51,150 nt of DNA from Fonticula alba ATCC 38817. Taxonomy: Eukaryota > Protista > Nucleariida. Under the pieces are notes generated by a model that searched no databases, had not been told where the DNA came from, and saw only the letters and a program-made list of their open reading frames with translations. Made by a program: the position numbers and the translations under genes. Positions 48,644 to 51,150 of the stretch are shown piece by piece (position 1 is the first letter of the stretch; every line of letters begins with the position of its first letter). The stretch is from the NCBI GenBank assembly GCA_000388065.2, contig KB932201.1, one strand, 5' to 3'.

Positions 48644-48805
48644 GACGATTGTGGCATTCTTTCGTTTGTATTTTTACAACCCATCTCCAGAGCAGCAGCA
48701 GCACCGGGCTCAGGGCAGGGAAAGGGGGACAGGAGGGGGGATATATGTGTATGTCTGCGTATGTGCATGTGTGAAGCAAGGCCGGTACAGGGGAGGGAGA
48801 GGGGG
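48547..48805 (+). repeat. 259-bp segment duplicated at 50894..51150; its last 35 bp also occur at 45669..45703
   Basis: Identical by eye except (AC)19 vs (AC)18. Two of the three copies begin directly after an N-gap. Confidence 0.95.
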
Positions 48806-48994
48806 AGGGGAAGGGGGAGGAGACCAAATCTAAACAACAGCCACCCCATCGCCCTCTCCTGGGTGCCTTTTTTTTTTCTTCTCCCGTCCTCGCAACATGA
48901 TCCTACGCGGCGAGGCAGTGGCCGGCCCCACGCGGGGTGATGGTCGCCCGACGGTGACAAGAAAGTCGTCCAACGGCAGAGGGAGGCCGTCCCT

Positions 48995-50501
48995 TTAGTC
49001 GTCGATGCCCTCCAGCAGGGCTTTCCGGCGCTTGCGGCGCTCGCCCTTGCTCAGGCCATCGCTCTGACCCTCGTCGGCGAAGGCATCGCCACCCTCGGCA
49101 TCGTTGGCACCGGTCTCGGGCTCGGTGTCGGCCAAAGGGCGCTTCTTGAGGGCCTTCATCTTGCGGGTCTGCAGCTGCGACAGATCCTGGCGCTCCATGT
49201 GGATGCGACCATACGAGCCGATGTCGTCCTTGGTGACGTTCTTCTCCTTCTTCGGCTGCAGGGTCCGGTTGACCTTGAGGGCGGCCTTGCGCACCTCGGC
49301 CGAAGCCTCCTTGTGCCGGCGGAGGACCAGATCCATGGACGGACCCATCTCCTCGAGCTCCACACGCGGCAGGCGCTGGCCGGACTTCTTGAGCTGCGCG
49401 GTGTACACGCGGAAGAAGATCTTGTTGCTGTACACCGGGAGGGGGGCCCAAGAGCAACGGAGGGTGAGAAGGGGCAAAGAGCACACACACACACACACAC
49501 ACGCGGAGCAAAGGAGGAGAATGAGGGGAAGGCCCATTCCTGGAGAGCGTACCCATCGTCATCGGCCGTGACCGAGATGAAGTGGTCAGAGCGCGCAGAT
49601 CCACCTGGTCGATGGCCTCGCCACGGAAGAAGTCTATGGCGGAGCATGAGTATGCGTGGTGACGACGTTGCGGAGGGGAGGAGGGGGGGGGGAGGAGAAG
49701 GAGGGCAAGGCGGGGCGCAGGAGGCTGGGTAGGACGAACCGAGGATAATCTCCTTGAACAGACGCATCTGGGGGTTGACATCGAACACCTGGCCGTTGAA
49801 GAGGAACATGTGCTTGCCACCCACACCGATGGTCGAGGACTGTTGCGATTGTGCGGTTGTGCGAGTGTACGGTGGTGCAACGGTGAGTGACAGCCGCCAT
49901 AGGGAGGGGCAGCAGGGGGAGCATGTGTTCGCCAGACAAAGGAACAGGCACAACGGACCTTGAACTCCTGGATGGACTTGAAGTTCGTGATGCCAACCTC
50001 AATCATGTCCATCAGGCGGTGGTTGAAGAACCGACCGAAGACCAGATTGCTCGGGCGCTTCTTGTTGCTGGAGGCCAGGCAGAAAAGAGAGCTATCAGGC
50101 CACGGAGGATCAGACAGGGACATGTTTCATGGCAGTTAGCAAATGGCAGCCGGGTCGAGACAAGTAATGTGCACACACACGCGCGCACACGAGCGAGAGA
50201 GAGAGAGGGAGGGAGAGAAAACGCAAGAGAAAAGGAGAGAGGGAGGGAGAGCAGGACGCACGTGTCGTTCTTATCGGAGAAGAACTCCAGCGAGGAGGCG
50301 TCCTCGAAGGGGGAGATCTGGTTCTTGCGGCTGAAGAGGACGGCATTCGGCTTCTTCAGGGAGTACAGGTCGCGCAGGGCACCGAGAGACACCTCGTTGG
50401 TCTGGATACCACGCAGGAAGATCGCGGACTTGGGGTTCTCGACGATCAGCGGGGCCTTGGCGTCGAGAACGCGCTTACCCTTGGCGGTCTTGGCCTTCTT
50501 G
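48995..50501 (-). CDS. RPF2: Ribosome production factor 2 (Brix domain, 5S RNP recruitment); 5' exon not visible; apparent 1-nt frameshift in one exon
   Basis: Exons 50262..50501, 49959..50091, 49740..49839, 49553..49633 and 48995..49427. They give KRVLDAKAPLIVENPKSAIFLRG, PFEDASSLEFFSDKNDTSLF, SNKKRPSNLVFGRFFNHRLMDMIEVG, DFFRG, RVELEEMGPSMDL and KPKKEKNVTKDDIG-like segments, all RPF2 signatures. Exon 49553..49633 is 81 nt but needs 82 to keep frame. Confidence 0.93.
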
Positions 50502-50893
50502 CTGAGAATGGGAAAGGGGGGGAGGGGGTATGCGGGTGAGAGGGGGCGNNNNNNNNNNCCCATCCACCCACCCGTCAGCCTCACTCCCTTTCCCCGGGTC
50601 TTGCTTGTCATCTCTTATTTCCCCACCCTCTCCTGCCTCCTTGCCCCCTCGGGCCTCCGCCCCTGTCCCCTCCGCTTTACCCTGCCATCCCTCGGGTATG
50701 CCGACTGGGGCTTGTACAGTATAATATAGGACAGACAAAACAGCAACCATGTGTCCCGTTCTCGCTCCCTCTTTTTTCTTCTTTCGGGCCTCGTCTGTCG
50801 CCCCTGATTTCAACAAGCGAACAAGAGAGCCCGATCAACAGGCAACTTTCCTCCCTCATCCCACAAAAGCCGCGCAATACGGCGAAAGAGTGA

Positions 50894-50947
50894 GGGGGAG
50901 AGATAGAGCCCCGATTGTTGCTGCGCCGAGCAGTGGGGAGCACAAAA

Positions 50948-50988
<41 letters not shown>

Positions 50989-51150
50989 GACGATTGTGGC
51001 ATTCTTTCGTTTGTATTTTTACAACCCATCTCCAGAGCAGCAGCAGCACCGGGCTCAGGGCAGGGAAAGGGGGACAGGAGGGGGGATATATGTGTATGTC
51101 TGCGTATGTGCATGTGTGAAGCAAGGCCGGTACAGGGGAGGGAGAGGGGG
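50894..51150 (+). repeat. Second copy of 48547..48805 (runs to the window end)
   Basis: Direct sequence identity with a shorter (AC)18 tract. Confidence 0.95.

Noticed and set aside
1-51150. CRISPR arrays, rRNA or tRNA genes, transposase/RT/integrase domains, telomeric repeats
   Set aside because: None seen. The tandem repeats lack unique spacers, and no translation shows mobile-element motifs.

Overview
GC-rich, intron-rich eukaryotic genomic DNA with nine N-gaps, many poly-G/poly-C runs and (CA)n/(GA)n microsatellites. The style suggests an early-branching holomycotan protist such as Fonticula; this is an inference, not checked. Seven genes are clearly recognisable once spliced by hand: an M36 fungalysin metalloprotease (-), an inositol hexakisphosphate kinase of the IP6K/Kcs1 type (-), ribosomal protein eL6 (-), a very large GRAM-TBC-EF-hand Rab-GAP of the TBC1D8/9-Mdr1/Gyp2 family (+), ribosomal protein uL3 (+), a small dual-specificity phosphatase (+) and the ribosome-biogenesis factor RPF2 (-). 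There are also a few spliced or unresolved orphan ORFs. Most ORFs in the supplied track are GC-bias shadows. The most striking unexplained signal is a ~30-nt self-complementary element, TCGGATGTGA-N7/8-TTC(A/C)TGCATCCG. It sits in the sense orientation in introns of both ribosomal-protein genes, and I did not find it elsewhere by eye, so it is a candidate shared RP-regulon element (RNA switch or DNA site). Other notable points are a GTNCG-dominated 5' splice-site consensus, FG-nucleoporin-like GSSFGGST repeats inside the IP6K, and several probable assembly defects: an RPF2 1-nt frameshift, a missing TBC acceptor and a duplicated segment next to gaps.
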